A stretch of 63,997 bases of DNA, counting the filler, from Stramenopiles sp. TOSAG23-6 (taxonomy: Eukaryota), in the NCBI GenBank assembly GCA_900128565.1. It is 10 parts of 10 records of this genome, joined end to end, with 100 filler letters (N's around TTAATTAATTAA, not from the genome) between each part and the next. Parts side by side here need not be neighbours in the genome. Positions count along the whole stretch, not along the records: positions 1 to 6,341 come from LT636717.1; positions 6,442 to 12,772 come from LT636718.1; 8 more parts are not named here. One strand, given 5' to 3'. The position numbers were made by a program, and so were the translations under genes. How positions within the stretch are numbered: the first letter of the stretch is position 1; each line of letters begins with the position of its first letter. The notes under the pieces are model-generated. The model had not been told where the DNA came from. It did no database searches and saw only the letters and a list, made by a program, of their open reading frames with translations. Below are positions 1 to 11,183 of this stretch, piece by piece.

Positions 1-354
1 AAAGGCAATGATGGTTCCAATACCGAGAGGACAAGGGGACAATGTTAGTCCAAAACATGTATCACCCCCATCGCCTATAAGAAAGGTCGAAATAAAAAAA
101 GCATTAAAGTGAACGAACCACCAGTTCTTAATATTGAAAATGAAACCGATGCAAATGAAGTAAAACATACCTTGGCTGATGCAACACATAATAATCTCGA
201 CTTTGAGCCATTTGAATAGTAATGAATGTATTACAATAATAAACGAATAATCAATTTATGATATATTGATATATTGATATATTAACCTTATTCAGCCATT
301 TTTCGATGTTACCTAAAAATTGTCGAAAAATGTCTTCATAGATAAATTTTATAT

Positions 355-2970
355 TCAGATAAAGCCTTTACTCATCAATATTTCTAATGAAGCCTGGTCT
401 CTCTCTTTCTTTCTGGTTTCTACCGCTTCCTCTTTTATTTTATCTTTTATTTCCTGTTCAATGGCTTTCCTTCGTTTCTCGTATGGATCGTGACCAAATG
501 CTATAATTAATTGGCGTGTTGACCCTCGAAATGCACTTGCTATAGCGAGACTTCCTAATTTACCAACGTGATTATCGGCAATATATAGCTCAGTAAGACT
601 ACGATTTCGTGATAATCCTTTTGCAAATCGTTGAGCACCTGCGGCACCAATATTGTTATAACGAACATTCAGTGTTTTCAATACTTTAGTTACCCGAAGA
701 CCACTAGCAAGAAAGTTTGCTCCAGCTGGTCCAATATCGTTAAAAAACAAATTAATATCTTTCAATTTGGGGTGAACCTTTACAACATTGGCGATGGCTT
801 TAACTCCATGTGGTCCTATCATATTTCCTGCTAAGTTTAATCTAGTTAATGTTTTATTACTCTCCAAAGAACGACCCAGTGCTATTGCCCCTTGATAGCT
901 TAATTTATTCCAAGATAAATCTAGTTGAGTTACATATGGATTATTTCGCATTTCATCAAATATGGAGCTTCCGCTAAGTTGATCAATATAGCAAGCATGT
1001 AAACGTACTGATAGAAATATTCCAGCTTCAAGAGTCCAAGCTAGGTATTCTATATCTCGTTTTTGCATAAATATATTAACTAAATTTATACTAAATTGGC
1101 TATTTGAAGCTTCTCCTCCCCATTCACATGCCTTGAGCGATTTTAATGGGGTTTCTTTCAAAATTTCATCTTGATTGGATTTTTTGTTGTCTTTAATTCC
1201 ATCAAATGTGTTTGTTTCCTCAATACGTACTGTATTGGATTCAATTATTGTCCTATTTATTGCAGAATATTGACGCACTGCAAAAGGTGCACATTCTTCA
1301 TATACATCAAGTATTTGCAATTTGGATTCTTTGTTATCTGTAGACTCCATATTATTATTTGTAGACTCTATATATAAATTATGAAATTTCGTAGCATATT
1401 CAGCATCGGCTAATAAAAGTGTCGACTTTCTAAGTTTTTTTGTAAATTCATCTTTGAATCTGGAAGACAGATCTAATTGGGATTCGGCAGCTTTGAGTAC
1501 AATATGTAGTAAATCAGGACACCGAGACAACGCTTTTCGTACCTTTGAAAATGATATTTGCATAGGTATTAATGTTTCTGCATGCAAAACTCGTTTGGTC
1601 CTGGATCTGTATAGAACTTCCAAGGTAGTCCATTTTTTCTTTGCAGGGTCGTATTCGTTTTCAGCCATTTTACGCTCAATTTGTGTATGTGTGAGCTCAT
1701 CCGTTAATCTTTCTATAGTAGTAACGTAATTAACAATTTCTTTCGCCTGAATTAAACTAATTTTCTTATCAACTCCTAGAATACTTATTTTTCTAAAAGT
1801 ATTATTATTTAGGGTACCTACCCCATTTACATTTTCTTCTTTAGTATCTCCACTCGAAGACACTTTACTATCACGTATTAACTTTTTTGCATCCTTGATG
1901 ATTTTTTTTACTATTTTACTTGAAAGTGTTTTACCTCCACTAAATGAGGTTTCAATGACCTTTTGCAAACGACCACGAGCTGCGCCTCTCTCCCTGTCCG
2001 TAGCAAATCGTTTCTTTTTTAATATTTTTAATTTAGCTTCTAATTTTTCTACTTTTTCACAAAGTGTACGGTATTCTGGCACAACATCCTGAAGTTCTGA
2101 ACGTAAAGCGTCAAGATTATTATAAATGTTCCTTGCAGATTTCATATACTCTTTAATACCTTCTACAGCTGGTTGAAAGCACAAGCTACTAAGCGAATGG
2201 ACTATATGAGGTTTCAATTTTGGTTTTATAACTTCTCCTTCCGCTAATTCGACAAGTATGTCATTTTCTTTGATTTTGTAGATAGTGTTGGGATCTTTGT
2301 CAAGGATTGATGGATCAATTCCGACAGCAATTAATTCAGGAATGATGTCTTTCTTTTTTTTTCCTTGAGTTGAAAGCATGTCAAAATACTTTCCATATTT
2401 TGGATGATTTTGAAGTGTTACGTGAGTAGCCCTTTCTATTTCATCAGACTCAATTTCAAAATCTGGAATGTTTTCTTGGCTTATATTTTTAGACTCATCA
2501 TCCTCTTCTTTCGATTCATTCATAAAAGGAAGCTTACTTATTGTAGTGAATGGTTTGTTTGTAGTCTTGCCTATGCGCCCCATTGGTAAAATATGGCGGA
2601 TACGTTCCTCAATCTGTGCAAAATCGTCTTCCACTTTGTCATCGTTTGAACGTTCACGCCACATTGCACGAACTGCGTGTTTTGCGTCACCAGGTATATC
2701 ACCCCAACAAACACAGCTAAATATTCGCATAGCTTTGCCATCTATAGTAGAGAGACCGATTAGACTTCTTTTATTACGGTTATAACGATTGCTTTCATGT
2801 TGACATTCGACACAAAACGTGCCTCCCCTGGCCACTTCAAGTGTCTTTATTCCTGCACTTTGACGCCACAAGCGGACTTCTTCTACACTTTGCTTCCACA
2901 TCAATTTGACACGTTCAGCTGCAAGCTTGCGAATTTCACTCCGCTGTTGCATCCTAGCTGATTCGCTCAT
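355..2970 (-). CDS. Coiled-coil protein with C-terminal RNI-like leucine-rich repeats
   Basis: 871 aa ORF; C-terminal repeats such as LTRLNLAGNMIG, LKTLNVRYNNIG, LTELYIADNHVG. Confidence 0.8.
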   Translation of the reverse strand: MSESARMQQRSEIRKLAAERVKLMWKQSVEEVRLWRQSAGIKTLEVARGGTFCVECQHESNRYNRNKRSLIGLSTIDGKAMRIFSCVCWGDIPGDAKHAVRAMWRERSNDDKVEDDFAQIEERIRHILPMGRIGKTTNKPFTTISKLPFMNESKEEDDESKNISQENIPDFEIESDEIERATHVTLQNHPKYGKYFDMLSTQGKKKKDIIPELIAVGIDPSILDKDPNTIYKIKENDILVELAEGEVIKPKLKPHIVHSLSSLCFQPAVEGIKEYMKSARNIYNNLDALRSELQDVVPEYRTLCEKVEKLEAKLKILKKKRFATDRERGAARGRLQKVIETSFSGGKTLSSKIVKKIIKDAKKLIRDSKVSSSGDTKEENVNGVGTLNNNTFRKISILGVDKKISLIQAKEIVNYVTTIERLTDELTHTQIERKMAENEYDPAKKKWTTLEVLYRSRTKRVLHAETLIPMQISFSKVRKALSRCPDLLHIVLKAAESQLDLSSRFKDEFTKKLRKSTLLLADAEYATKFHNLYIESTNNNMESTDNKESKLQILDVYEECAPFAVRQYSAINRTIIESNTVRIEETNTFDGIKDNKKSNQDEILKETPLKSLKACEWGGEASNSQFSINLVNIFMQKRDIEYLAWTLEAGIFLSVRLHACYIDQLSGSSIFDEMRNNPYVTQLDLSWNKLSYQGAIALGRSLESNKTLTRLNLAGNMIGPHGVKAIANVVKVHPKLKDINLFFNDIGPAGANFLASGLRVTKVLKTLNVRYNNIGAAGAQRFAKGLSRNRSLTELYIADNHVGKLGSLAIASAFRGSTRQLIIAFGHDPYEKRRKAIEQEIKDKIKEEAVETRKKERDQASLEILMSKGFI

Positions 2971-3245
2971 ACTTATATGTTGCTAAGGTTTCATATTTTA
3001 ATTAGTTTAACAAATTACTTCGAAATAAGAATGGAAATTACTGTAATCTACGTAATTATGTAACTGTTGGATGAAACTTGAGATGACTCGTAGTTTTCGT
3101 TTTGGTACAAAATTCTGTAGTAAATTCATCTTTTTTGGAGTCAGCGGAGTGAGCATGTTTGAAGTACTACACGTACTAATAATTTCATACGAATTGGTAT
3201 TCTATATCACCACGTCTTGTAATCGTGCTTGTACGCCGGTACAAG

Positions 3246-6120
3246 ATGGAAGCTTTAGACGCCGCATTCCCCACCATTGGTGAAGCCATGCCTTCAAATG
3301 TCACCACATTTGATGATAATGGTAAGAAGAAAAAGAAAAAGAAGAAGGATGCTTATGGCTTTGCAGCATTTGGTTTGTGCAAAAATGTCTTTGGTGCAAT
3401 TAGGCGCATTGGATATAAACAACCCACACCCATACAAAGAGCGGCTTTACCTCCAGCGTTGTCTGGTGCAGATATTGTTGCCATGGCTAGAACTGGTTCA
3501 GGTAAGACTGCTGCATTTATTATTCCTATCATAGAGCGTCTTCAAGTGCATAATAAACGCATGGGCTGTCGAGCAGTACTGATATCTCCAACTCGTGAGC
3601 TCGCTACTCAAACGCTTAAATTTGCACGGGATCTTTCTAAGTTTACCAACCTTCGTTTGTGTCTTCTTGTTGGTGGTGAAAGTATTGATCGACAGCTGGA
3701 TGTCTTATCAGCAAATCCTGATATTATTATTGCTACTCCTGGTCGAATCACACATTTATTAGAAGAAGTCAAAAGTTTTTCTTTAAATGCCGTTCAAGTT
3801 TTAGTCTTTGATGAAGCCGATCGTCTATTTGAGATGGGGTTTCGTGATCAATTAAATGATATTCTCAAGGCAACACCAGACTCAAGACAAACTATGCTCT
3901 TTTCTGCAACAATGCCAAAAATGTTGGTTGAATTCACACGTGCAGGATTACAAGATCCATCCTTCATTCGATTAGATACTGAGTCTCAAGTGAGTCCCAA
4001 CTTACGAATGAATTTTGTGACAGTGCGCCCTTCAGAAAAACCAGCAGCTTTATTGCATATCTGTGCAGAGATTATTGGTCCAGCACAGCAAACAATTATT
4101 TTTGTGTCTACGAAGTATCATGTGGAATTTATCACTGAACTTTTGAAAAGTGCTGGTCATCTTTGTGCCTGTGTCTATGGTGCACTCGACCCGATGTGCC
4201 GTAAAGCAAATATTGCAAAATTTCGTGCTGCTAGGGCACAATTTTTAATTGTGACAGACGTAGCCGCTCGTGGTATTGATATTCCAATGCTTGATAATGT
4301 CATTAATTATGATTTTCCAGCTAAGCCAAAGTTATTTGTACGTTTTCATTATGAATATCAATTTTTTTTTTCGTACGAAATGTTGTACCTAACAAATTTC
4401 GAATTTTTTTTTTTTTACAATACATGTGCATCGTGTTGGTCGTGCTGCTCGTCAGCATCGGAATGGTAGTGCTATTTCAATGGTAACTCCCGAGGACCTG
4501 CCATATATGCTCGACCTCATGCTTTTTCTTGGCAAGAAGCCAGATAATGGAGATGGTAGAGGTCCTAAATTTACATTAATAGCCGATGGTGGTGATACAA
4601 CTGCTATTGAAAAAAATGACTCTATGAAGAAGAAAACGATCTGCAAGCCTGAAAAGTATTCTCTATCTACGCAGCAACCTGATGAATTACACTATGGTGG
4701 ACTACCTCGATTTCTATTAGATAGTTCTGTTGAAGCATATGAAAGTTATAAAAATTCAAGTGTAGCAATACAAGAGACCGAGAGAGTGGCTCTAAATGGA
4801 TATAAGGCTTATATCCGGACACGTCCTCCAGCGTCCAAGACATCTCAGCATAGATGTAAAGAACTGCATCCTATTCTAGTACATCCTCTTTTCCGAGAAG
4901 CAGCGGAACTTTCAGGTAGCAACGCTACCGCTGAAATATTTGCTAGTAAACTTTCTAATTACAGGCCTTCTATGACTGTGATGGAAGTACAAAATTTGAA
5001 ATCTGGCAAAGGTGTTTTGGATGTTTTGAGAGCTAAGCGAATTGCACACCAGCGCCATATATATACAGTCCGTACTACCGAAAAGAAGAAGCATTCAGAA
5101 TGGTTATCTGCCGGTGGGTATGAAAATGATACAAATGATAAGCAAATGATCAAAACTGAAACTGTTTCAGGTGGAAAACGAAAGCAAAACCAGTGTAATG
5201 ATATCAGTGGTTCAGATACAATTGAAATATATAAAAAACATAAAACAAATAAAATAGCAAAATGTCAAGCAAAAATTCCAAAGCGAAAGTTATCGAAAGC
5301 GGAGAGAAAACGAATGAAAAAACAACGATTAAATCCGGCGATATCAAACGCGGTCAATATAAACATCAATACAGATGATAATACAAATAACACTACAAAC
5401 AATAATACAAAAACTCCATTAAGTTTCCGTGATAATTCAGTGTTTATTAATGTACGCCAATCGGATAGCGAGGTAGCAAGTAGTCGTGGTCTTTCAATAC
5501 GAGATAATGTCAATGGTGATACAGCTATAGCTGCTAGGCAACATATGCAAGAAGCTGTGCTCGATCTGATGCCCGATGAAGTGTCAAAATTAGGTGAACA
5601 GAGACGATTCTTCTGGGATAAGAAGAAAAGAAAATATGTAAAAACGTCATTAAATGACATAAAGGCTAATAAAAATAGAGTCAAAACTGAAAGTGGTAAA
5701 ATGGCTAAAAAGGAAGTTGGTAAGATTTATGAACAATGGTGTAAAAAGAATAAACGAAGCATTCTATCCATCGGGGAGGAAGAAGGTGGTGGTACTGCTG
5801 CAAGTACTATAGCCTTTGAAGCGCAAGGTATGGATTTAAAAACAATGCGAAGAAAAGGTTTATCTCGTGGCGCAATCCGGGAGAAAGAGAAGAAATCAAA
5901 GGCAGCTACTTCTGGTGGCGAATTGTATAGCGCAGAAACGATTCGAAAACAACGCAAAGAAAAAGAGAAAAGAAGAGCTAAAAATGGCCGAGGGCGTGGT
6001 GGTCGTGGTCGAAGTAGAGGTAGAGGAAGTGGTGGACGTGGTGGTAAAAAGATTCCAGGATTTGGGCAAGGTAGAGGTTCCAAATTTGGCAAGGCGGGAT
6101 CAAAAAAGCGACGACGTTAA
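3246..6120 (+). CDS. DDX54: DEAD-box RNA helicase DDX54/DBP10; exons 3246-4337 and 4426-6120
   Basis: Q motif, ARTGSGKT, PTRELA, DEAD, SAT; motif VI (KLF|VHRVGRAAR) is restored by removing 4338-4425; DBP10CT-like WDKKKRKYV...KTESG and RGG tail. Confidence 0.93.
4338..4425 (+). mobile_element. Repeated non-canonical intron (GT-AT), 88 nt
   Basis: GTACGTTTT...TCGTACGAAA...GTACCTAAC...ACAATACAT; removal joins two DDX54 ORFs in frame. Confidence 0.9.
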
Positions 6121-6341
6121 TTAACCATAGTAATATGATATTCTAATAAAATCAGTTTAAATTGTTTTAATTTTCATATGTGCTTCATTAGTAGAAAGAG
6201 TCCATGAACAAATATTCTTATCAAAACATCATCATTTTACTCAAGTCATTTGAAATAAATGTAACCCATGAGAGATGCAAAATGAAATAGCTCAGCAAGC
6301 AGGCTTCCAAACGGGTCCCCCACGATCGTACTAGCTGCTCT

Positions 6342-6441
6342 NNNNNNNNNNNNNNNNNNNNNNNNNNNNNNNNNNNNNNNNNNNNTTAATTAATTAANNN
6401 NNNNNNNNNNNNNNNNNNNNNNNNNNNNNNNNNNNNNNNNN
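6342..6441. other. Artificial contig linker (44 N + TTAATTAATTAA + 44 N); also at 12773, 19202, 25629, 32049, 38466, 44883, 51299 and 57704
   Basis: Identical 100-nt spacer with stops in six frames; the contigs between linkers run in descending length order from 6341 to 6305 nt. Confidence 0.98.
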
Positions 6442-6520
6442 AAAAATATTTCAAAAAAAAATCGTTAGGTACAAAATTTCGTACGAAAAAAAATTGAATT
6501 TGAAAAAATATAAAACGTAT
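6442..6520 (-). mobile_element. Repeated intron, truncated by contig end; AT donor
   Basis: Minus strand ATACGTTTTAT...TCGTACGAAATTTTGTACCTAACG...GAAATATTTTT. Confidence 0.8.
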
Positions 6521-7788
6521 GCGCAATGCTAAACCCATAATTGAAATTACGAGTCAAAACTGTTTCAGGAATTCTTTTTTCTGTTTGTAGAGATCTACCT
6601 GAACTATTATTTATGACCGATAAAGCTGTAGCTGGTGAAATACCTGATGATTTCAAAGCAAGTAATCCTTCGCACGCTACAATAAGATGAGTTGCATTTA
6701 GACAATTATTGATGGCTTTTACAGAGTGAGCTGATCCTATTGGACCAACAACGACGACTTTACCTTCCTTGCTAAAGGTGCTGGAAACAAATTCTAGGGC
6801 TCGTTGAGACGGATTCTTTTGACCTCCAATCATCGATGTCAAAGAACCCTGAGCTGCACCAGAAGGACCGCCACTTACTGGACAATCAACATAATCTATT
6901 CCATATTGCGATAAATCTTTAGCTATTTGAACTGATAAAGTTGGATCTCCCGAAGTCGCATCAATCACTAAAGCACCACTCTTCAAAATTGCTCCAATTT
7001 TAGTACATATGTCTTTCACGATGACGCTTGTTGGTAAACAAAGCACACAAACGTCTACACTAGACAAATCCTCCAGGCTGGTCATAACAGTTGTACCAAA
7101 TTCAGCAGCATGTTGCTCAGCGATCTCTTTTGTCCTATTATAGACTAACACTGAACCAGAGCAATATTTTGTGAAACATATTTAACATTTGAAATTGTAG
7201 TATATGTTTTAATAATACGGATTTTTTTTGAGAGAAAAAGATAATTTCAAAATTTAACGTTGGAAGACTTACGTGTTTCTCTAGATGAGAAGCCATTGAG
7301 TAACCCATCGCTCCCAATCCAATGAATGCTACATTCTTTTCTTTGGATTTTTCACAAATCTTTGCCTTTTTCGCAGTATCCAATTGATTTAAAAAATGCT
7401 GTTGTTCTCTTAAAAACTTGGGCGAATAATCAACGTTGACTTTATCGAACTTTGCCGCCAAAATGATATCGTTAATGGACAGACTCTTGAGGGAATGAGT
7501 TTGAAGTGATATTGTTACCGTTCTGTACGACGTCAAGGAAATATCTGGATGATGTTGTTCAGTTTCAGCGATTTCTGCAAATGCGTTTATTGCAGACATC
7601 GCAGATTTGAAGTTACGCGCTACAAAGGAACGTTTTATCACTGGTGAGTTGTTGTCACTGTGTTTCCATAGTGGATGTGTTTGTAAAAACGAAGAAAGCT
7701 CAGCGGAAGAAAGTTCTTTGACGTCTCCTCCTCTTGTTGCACATTTCTGGCAATGCTGTTCAGCCAAAGGGGATGCCTTATTCGCCAT
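6521..7788 (-). CDS. Pterin-4a-carbinolamine dehydratase fused to 3-hydroxyisobutyrate/beta-hydroxyacid dehydrogenase; exons 7788-7273 and 7163-6521, 3' end missing
   Basis: AETEQHHPDI...LQTHS...LSINDIILA (PCD), then AFIGLGAMGYSMA, VYNRT, DCPVSGG, VKAINN (HIBADH/GarR family). Confidence 0.85.
7164..7272 (-). other. Non-family intron, GTAAGT donor, inferred AT acceptor, 109 nt
   Basis: Ends ...AAATATGTTTCACAAAATAT; no in-frame AG lies upstream of the conserved VYNRT motif. Confidence 0.65.
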
Positions 7789-8051
7789 CTTGAACTTCGG
7801 GAGTGTAGTAGTTACCTAATAGGATAGCCGATAGTAAAGTCGAAGTAGCATAACACTAAGAGTGCACTGGAGTCTTTAGTAGCAAATCAACAAATTGACC
7901 GTTCAAAATAATAATCAAAAATCATTTTTTTTCGTGTTTTTTTGATTGATTGATGTCAATGCGATGTCAATTTTTGTTTGTGTTTTATTTCATCCCTAAA
8001 GAAAGAATAGAAACTTTTAGACGATCAATTTTTCAACTATCTTTCAATCCG

Positions 8052-9327
8052 ATGCTCGCTTGTGTTAGAAATACCCCAAAACATGTCCGAGTACAATTAG
8101 TCCGACACTTGTCAGCTGCGCCAGCACTTCCGGACTGCCCAAACTTTTCGTCTGGTCCAACTGCCAAACGACCAGGATGGTCATTTGACAATCTTAATGC
8201 TGCTTGGCTAGGCCGTTCTCACCGTGCTGCAGGACCGAAACAACGACTTAAAGATGTTATTGATGCCACTCACGAGTTGTTGGAACTTCCTTCAGACTAT
8301 CTTGTTGGCATTGTTCCTGCTTCTGATACAGGCGCGTATGAAATGGCAATGTGGTCCATGTTAGGTCCACGACCTGTTGATATGTTTTATTGGGAATCGT
8401 TTGGCAAAGGTTGGGTGACAGACTCTGATAAACAACTTCAACTGAAAGATCAAAATCACTATTCTGCAGAATATGGTGAGTTGCCAAATTTATCTCTGGC
8501 AAATCCAAAGCATGATATCTGCTTCACTTGGAATGGCACAACGTCGGGTGCATGTGTGCCAAACGCAGATTTCATTTCAGAAAATCGTGAGGGTCTTACC
8601 TTTTGCGATGCTACATCTGCTGTCTTTGCAATGGATCTTGAATGGCCAAAGCTTGACGTTACAACTTTTAGTTGGCAAAAGGTTTTAGGTGGGGAAGGCG
8701 CGCATGGTGTCATTGTCTTGAGTCCTCGAGCGGTAGAAAGACTTGAGAATTTTTCTCCCGAGAGACCTTTGCCTAAGATTTTTCGAATGACAAAAAATGG
8801 AAAACTTGACGAAGCAATTTTCAAAGGGTCTACAATCAATACTCCATCTATGCTATGTGTTGAAGATTGTCATGATGCTCTAAATTGGGTTCGAAATATT
8901 GGTGGTTTAAAAGCAACAATGGCACGTGCAAATGAAAATCTTTCAGTTATTGAAAAATTTGTTTCTGAGAATGAGTGGATTGACTTTCTTGCAAATGACC
9001 CTTCATCACGTTCAAATACATCAGTTTGTCTTACACTAGATGCGAAACCTGAAGATGTCAAGGCAATGTGTACACTATTGGAGGAATCAGGTGCTGCATA
9101 TGATATTGGCTCGTATAGGGATGCTCCGCCAGGTCTTCGCATTTGGTGTGGTTCAACTGTTGAGTCCAGTGACTTACGTGTATGTTTTATATGAATTTCT
9201 AATTTATTTTTTTTTTTCGTATGAAATGTAGTACCTAACGATTTTTTTTTTGAAATATTTTTTCACAATACGTGCCCTAATGCCCTGGTTAAAATGGGGA
9301 TATGAGCAATGTTGTATTAAGAAATAA
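8052..9327 (+). CDS. serC: Phosphoserine aminotransferase (alphaproteobacterial/Methanosarcina type) with probable mitochondrial presequence; exons 8052-9179 and 9274-9327
   Basis: [50 protein letters not shown]; spliced tail [15 protein letters not shown]. Confidence 0.93.
9180..9273 (+). mobile_element. Repeated non-canonical intron (GT-GT), 94 nt
   Basis: GTATGTTTTATATG...GTACCTAAC...GAAATATTTTTTCACAATACGT; TACGTG direct repeat at both junctions. Confidence 0.88.
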
Positions 9328-9391
9328 ATACTTTTTGAATAAACGATTATCTTAGAATTTTATAACTTTAGAAATTGATTCCTTGAACGTT

Positions 9392-10877
9392 TTAATCAAC
9401 GATTTCAATTTTCTTATGTTTTTTACATACTAATGTATGCGCGTCTAGAAACAATTTATTTCTCCAATTTGATTTACTCAATTTTTTACCATCCATCTCC
9501 TTCTCAAGAATTTCATCGGCTTCTTTTATTGATTTTGCAGCTTTAAGTTTTGCTAATCGTCGCCAAAACATTATCAATGCATTATTTTCATCAGGGTACT
9601 TGCACAACTCGCCATTGGCTTGGGCACACAAATCTTTGACCCTTCTTAGAGGATGTTTCAGTTTACGATGCATTTGAATACCACTTGCAATTTCTAAATC
9701 TTTTATACTAATTTGGTAATCTGTTAAAGGTCTTTCTATAGGGGCAGGTTTGTTTGGAATAACAAATGCTGCTGCGCATCTCCTTTTACCTGCGTCATCT
9801 TCAGCCAGAATAACTTTAAACAAATGAGTAGGAACTGCTATACCATGTATTGTGAAAAAACATGAAATCACAAAATAAAATCGTTAGGTACGAAATTTCG
9901 TACGAAAAAAAACTGTACATAAAACATTGAAAAAAACTAAAACATACATGATGTCCAATCAGAGGATATTGAACTAATTGAACTTTCTCACTTTTGGACA
10001 TTTTATCAGGAAGAAAAAGTGGCCCAGATATAACAAAAACATGATCGAAAGGCTTCCAGTTTTGTTTGGACACCGTTGAACTATTTGGGTTATTTTGGTT
10101 ATTTGGGTTGGGAAGACTTTTACGTTTGAGAGATTCACTATATTGACTATTGTCGATCGTATTGTCTACTTGAGTTTGACTAGTTTTATTCACTTTATTA
10201 TTCTTTGGTTTCTTCTTTATACCCTTCACTAATTTTCGCGTAAGATATTCTAATCTAAGCCAATCAGAGCCATTGAAACACCTGTCAAGTGAAAATATTC
10301 TTACAGTGCTCTGATATTAGTAAAATTGTAGGAAAAATAAATAAATTTGAAATTGTTTCTAGACTACACACATTTCCTGTGGCACTATATTTGATGATAG
10401 TTGAAAAGTTGCATCGAGAGTTTGTTGTGTTTCCTTATGATTAGCTGCAGCAGCAAGGTGTCCCTTAGAATATCCACTATTTTTATAATCAGACGCTGTT
10501 TGATTAAGATGTTTTGGGACTGCTTGGTCAGATGTGAAACGAGAATGACTTCGAGAAACACCACGTTCTTTCTTGCAAAAACTCTCCTTGGTCAGGTGCT
10601 CTGCCACCCATTCTGGTAGGCGAAGGCGGGTGTTTATAGAAGTGACGTAGCTATCACTTTTTTCCTCTACAATATGCACAGTAGGAATACCATATGGGCA
10701 AATTGAATTGAACTTTGGCTGCAATTGCACTTGCACTGTAGGACTTGTAACCGGGTCCGGGTCTTTTTGAACTGCACCTGTGTCAGTTTTATAGAAATAA
10801 CGAAAACAATTATCAATGGTTATACCGAGGATAATACCCGCACCTAAACCATTATTGAATCGTTGCCCAAAAAGCAT
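9392..10877 (-). CDS. DNA/RNA non-specific endonuclease (EndoG/Nuc1 family); exons 10877-10372, 10281-9948, 9844-9392
   Basis: PEWVAEHLT, DYKNSGYSKGHLAAAANH, SNIVPQ, VISGPLFLP, IAVPTHLFKVIL. Confidence 0.9.
9845..9947 (-). mobile_element. Repeated non-canonical intron (GT-AT), 103 nt
   Basis: Family motifs present; restores YPLIGHH|GIAVPTH. Confidence 0.9.
10282..10371 (-). other. Canonical GT-AG intron, 90 nt
   Basis: GTGTGT...TACTAAT...GAATATTTTCACTTGACAG; restores NIVPQEMCFNGSDWLRLE. Confidence 0.85.
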
Positions 10878-11183
10878 CGTGCACTGATCTCTCAAGAGTA
10901 ATCAGACAAGACAGTGAAAAAAACTTTTCCGACAAGTACTGTACTGGTACCTTTAGTAGTATTGATTAATAGTAGCAAAATTAATAAACAACCCGCGCGC
11001 AAACAAAGTCAATTTTCGTGTTTTAAATTTCAAAATAAATACGAAACATCGGAAAATAAATCTCTCTAGTAAAACTACGGCAAGCATAATGTAATTTATT
11101 GATATTTTTTATCTTCCTGATTTCATAGAAAATAGTTTTGTAAAGTGAACTATATTGCTAATGCTTTGAAATACTTGATTAAC

